This document shows positions 60,801-64,000 of a DNA stretch of 64,000 nt, piece after piece. The notes below the pieces were generated by a model that did no database searches, had not been told where the DNA came from, and saw only the letters and a list, made by a program, of their open reading frames with translations. The position numbers and the translations under genes are program-made. The stretch lies in the NCBI GenBank assembly GCA_009103225.1, contig RHPI01002048.1, positions 299,702 through 363,701 of the forward strand. The letters are read 5' to 3'. The stretch is from Chlorokybus atmophyticus. Its lineage: Eukaryota > Plantae > Mesostigma and Chlorokybus algae. Positions within the stretch are counted from its first letter, which is position 1, and each line of letters opens with the position of its first letter.

Positions 60801-63800
60801 TGGTGCGATGCAAGTCTTTATCTGCACCTCCCTTGTACCTCAATTGCCCTTGGCATCTAAAATTCCAATTGTCAACACTTGCAATTACCAACTGTTCTCC
60901 TCCAGCTCGCACAGAACAAGGGTTGTTGCTGGCCTCGATGTTGCGCGACATGATGTGCCGATCAAGTGTCGCCTTGCTGATGCACACTTCCAATCTGTTG
61001 AATATAATTGGCAGTGTAGGAGATGCACTGAAAGCCTCCACAGCCTCCCCCAACGCCACGTGAAGACGCGAGTATGCATGGGAGTTCCTTGTGTATATCA
61101 CTCCGCTCAGCAGGTACATCGCTCTCAAGTGCTTCACCCTCTCCCACTGCTTCATGTTGTCATGGACAGGTGGCGTCCTTGTTAGCGCCTCAAAGAGGCG
61201 CACCAGATCTGAGTGGTAGCCCTGCAACTCCTTCTCCTCATCAAGGAATCTAACATCAGCGCATGTCTTGCTGTTAACTTCACACCTCTTCTTGGCCTCA
61301 TCCTTGACAAGCTGCCTGATGTATGTCAGAGTCCTTGAGGACAAGCCTTCCTGATGTCCACTCCGCTCTAGAGGGTTATGCACTATGCCCAGCATACAGG
61401 CGACTGGGTCCACCTAGCTTCTGAGCAGCAGAGTCTCATTGCGCTTGGAGGCAGTCACCACAAACAGGGCTTCTCCAAGCACACGCCTCACAGTGCGAAC
61501 CAAATTGCAACATCAATGGTGAGACAGCTTGTAAAGTGTCCCCACGTCACTCATCTTGACAGGAACTCTACCGAGCCATGATTGGTGCGCAATGTATCTC
61601 ATTGGCTCCGCGGGCAACTCAGCATGGCCCACCACACCCGCCACTTGCTTCAGCAAGACCATATGCTCTACCTCTCGACCAAGTTGCTGCTGCCAAGACA
61701 ATCCGCCAAGTGATATTGAGTCTCTCAGAATATCCATGGCATCTAATAGCTTTGACACCTCGCAGTGCAGGTCCTTAATCTGCAAAGAGCCATGTGCATC
61801 CTGCTTCTCAGCCTCCTGCGCACGGGCATACATCTCCCGTGCATCATCCACAGCATCCATAACCTCACTGCAACCCTGCAAGAGCCATGATGAGTCGCTG
61901 CAATTCAGCACTACCACTGCACACCCATACTGTCAACTTCCTTCTCGACACACAGCACAACCAAATGCACTCACCGCAATTGTATCTCTCTATGTGCGTG
62001 ACTCAGTCTGCAGCTGGCACACCAACGCCTTGGTAATTGCATCCAAGCGCTCTAACTCAATCACCCTTGCAGCAGCAGGTTGGCACGCGTGGTGGCCTCA
62101 TCGCCAACACTCCTGCAAGGTGTGAAGATTCTATGTTGAGCGGTGCTTGACGTGCAGCCGGAGACGAGTGCAATACCCACCATGCTTTTGCTTACTTGCA
62201 CAGAGATTGCAAGCTTACCTGCTTAGTTTGTTGCGCAGTTGAGTCTGCTAATGACGCACGGTGCTCTTGCTCAGCCAATTGCGCAGCCAAGTTGTTGGCG
62301 AGCTTGGTGGCATAACCCTCTGCCACCTTCAACCACTGGCAGGCAGGTAACATCAGTCATGCTATTGCAAGCATTGCAACACCAATGTGTCATTCTTCAG
62401 TGTATTAACCTCTTGCTGACCTGACAGGCATGAAGCTCCCGCAGCATGTCCTCCAGCGCGCCCCCACGCTCGGCCAACAAACCCAGCAAAACCACTAACC
62501 TCCACAGCGGTATTCTCCCTTGCCAACACAGTTTAAGTGCACAGCTCCTCGACACTTGGAGACTTTGCGCGCAACACCCGCAGCTCTTGCTCCAAGAACA
62601 ATCCATACTCTTGCCAGCGCTCACACTCACGCGCAGCCTCATCAGCATCCCTGGCCCGGTCTAACTACTCTTGCTATATCCTCTGCTGCAATGCTGCTAG
62701 GCTCTGAGACAGATCACTACTAGGAAGTTTAGAGTCTTCACTCATTTGAGACAGGATTGAAGCTGTCTGGCTGCCACCTTCTGATGCCTGAGTCATTCCA
62801 CAGCCTTCGTTCTGATGAAGGCTTAACGCATGAGACATTCTTGCATTAGCTAGCTCCGCAGCAGCCAATGCAGTGGACACACCCTCCAGTTGTTGCATTA
62901 GTCCACACCTATCTGTTCCCCACGCAGCCACCACATCCTGCACCAATTGATGAGCACTCTCTTTAGAATTGAACACCATCATTGTGCACCGGTAGTACAG
63001 CTCAGCTTGTGCCAATATAGCAGCCCACCACAGCACACAGCAGCGTTGTTGATACTTACAACTTGATCAACTTGACCAACCTGATACTTACAACTCGAGA
63101 CTGCAGCACTTGCAAGTCTTGCCTCACCCCATAAGACACCATTGCAGCGTTGCATGTGGAACACACGCACACACTGTGGCATCCATGCATCCAGCACTCA
63201 CAAGCACACACACACACACGGTGGCATCCATGCATCTAGCACTCACAAGCACACACACACATACACACACACACACACACATGCTGACCTGCAGTGAGGA
63301 CATGTTCTCCGCACTCAAGGTCTTGTTGAATACCGGCACACTCCCATCTAGCGCATTGCCAACCTCAAAACCTAAGGCATAACATAGTTTGCGTCAAGTA
63401 TCTATACAAATTAAGGATATGTATACGGGCGAACATAAGGACGATGCGGACCTCCGCCATAAGTGCTGCTGCGCGCCTGGTTACCTGCTCTTGTATGCCG
63501 AGAGCCATGCAGCACACTGTTGTCACAACTTTAGCTAACATATAGGTGGGCTGCGCAGGCTCGGAGGGCTGAACATTGCTGTCATATGCTTCCGGAGGCA
63601 GACTGCCATGCAGCCCACCACCTAGTTGTGCAAAGCGTCCTCCACCCTCTCCCGCACGGTCTACATTCTTCTGATTTTCAGTCCGCCCACTCTGCAACCA
63701 CCAAGATGGTCATGACCAATGCAATGTCACCCTTAGTATGCATCCTCATACCCCCTTATCCACAGCATCACTCACCACATAAACACTGCCAAGAGGAGGG

Positions 63801-64000
63801 CTGATGTACGGGGTTGATACTCTCCTCACCACCTCCTCCTGCAGCCCAACAGATCCTGGTGGACGCCACTCAGGGTGTATACCCTGCACATTACACAGCA
63901 CACATTGCCATACACCACACACACGCAGCACATAATACACGGTTATTGGGGACACACTCACCTGCAGCATATGCAGAGTACGCCTATCAGAACCTAACCT
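57863..64000 (-). pseudogene. Academ-like (AcademX-type) DNA transposon gene, 5' and central part: transposase-like domain plus XPG/PIN-type nuclease; many stops and frameshifts; runs off the window
   Basis: LVAEDQKTF...LLLGDWHAMYN, LRTSQWDLRVASYKALSPLSFAWDRPHYQR, GAFTISITG...VAQDEAHECLINKD, GDMRKGDKAKF, VVFDDP, CNHAEADSRVWLHA, IYSSDTDVSIIG, FTGTGCD*TNYFAGISK (EAD / DTD / G.D acidic pattern of XPG-FEN1 nucleases), SPSALELHAKR. The domain order transposase-XPG-Cys finger is that described for Academ. Confidence 0.72.

Noticed and set aside
1-64000. rRNA, tRNA or other structured RNA genes
   Set aside because: None recognised by eye. tRNAscan-SE and Infernal/Rfam would be needed to exclude intronic snoRNAs.

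Overview
Intron-rich eukaryotic scaffold with two N-gaps. It is probably from a flagellated green alga or early streptophyte alga (inference from a plastid-type transit peptide, GAPN, SMT1-type sterol methyltransferase and flagellar SPATA17). Bases 1-31 kb are gene-dense housekeeping sequence: VPS53 (+), SMC5 (-), SPATA17 (+), SELO (-), SMT1 (+), GAPN (-). From about 31.3 kb to the end the window is a nest of DNA transposons. It holds a decayed hAT-like TIR element, an apparently intact 4.7-kb two-gene PIF/Harbinger element (36583-41293), and a decayed Academ-like gene (XPG-type nuclease plus Cys-rich tail) that runs off the right end. The Academ-like gene is split by a 14,528-bp insertion (43335-57862) bounded by CGTCGCAA inverted termini and an AT target duplication; removing the insertion restores the reading frame. 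The insertion encodes a Plavaka-type transposase and cargo: a zinc finger-Tudor-C5 cytosine DNA methyltransferase fusion of actinophage-like type, an OTU deubiquitinase domain, a RING finger and two orphan genes. A shared GTACCAT...ATGGTAC palindrome lies upstream of its genes. This copy carries several nonsense and frameshift lesions. All family assignments come from recognising motifs by eye; no database search was run.
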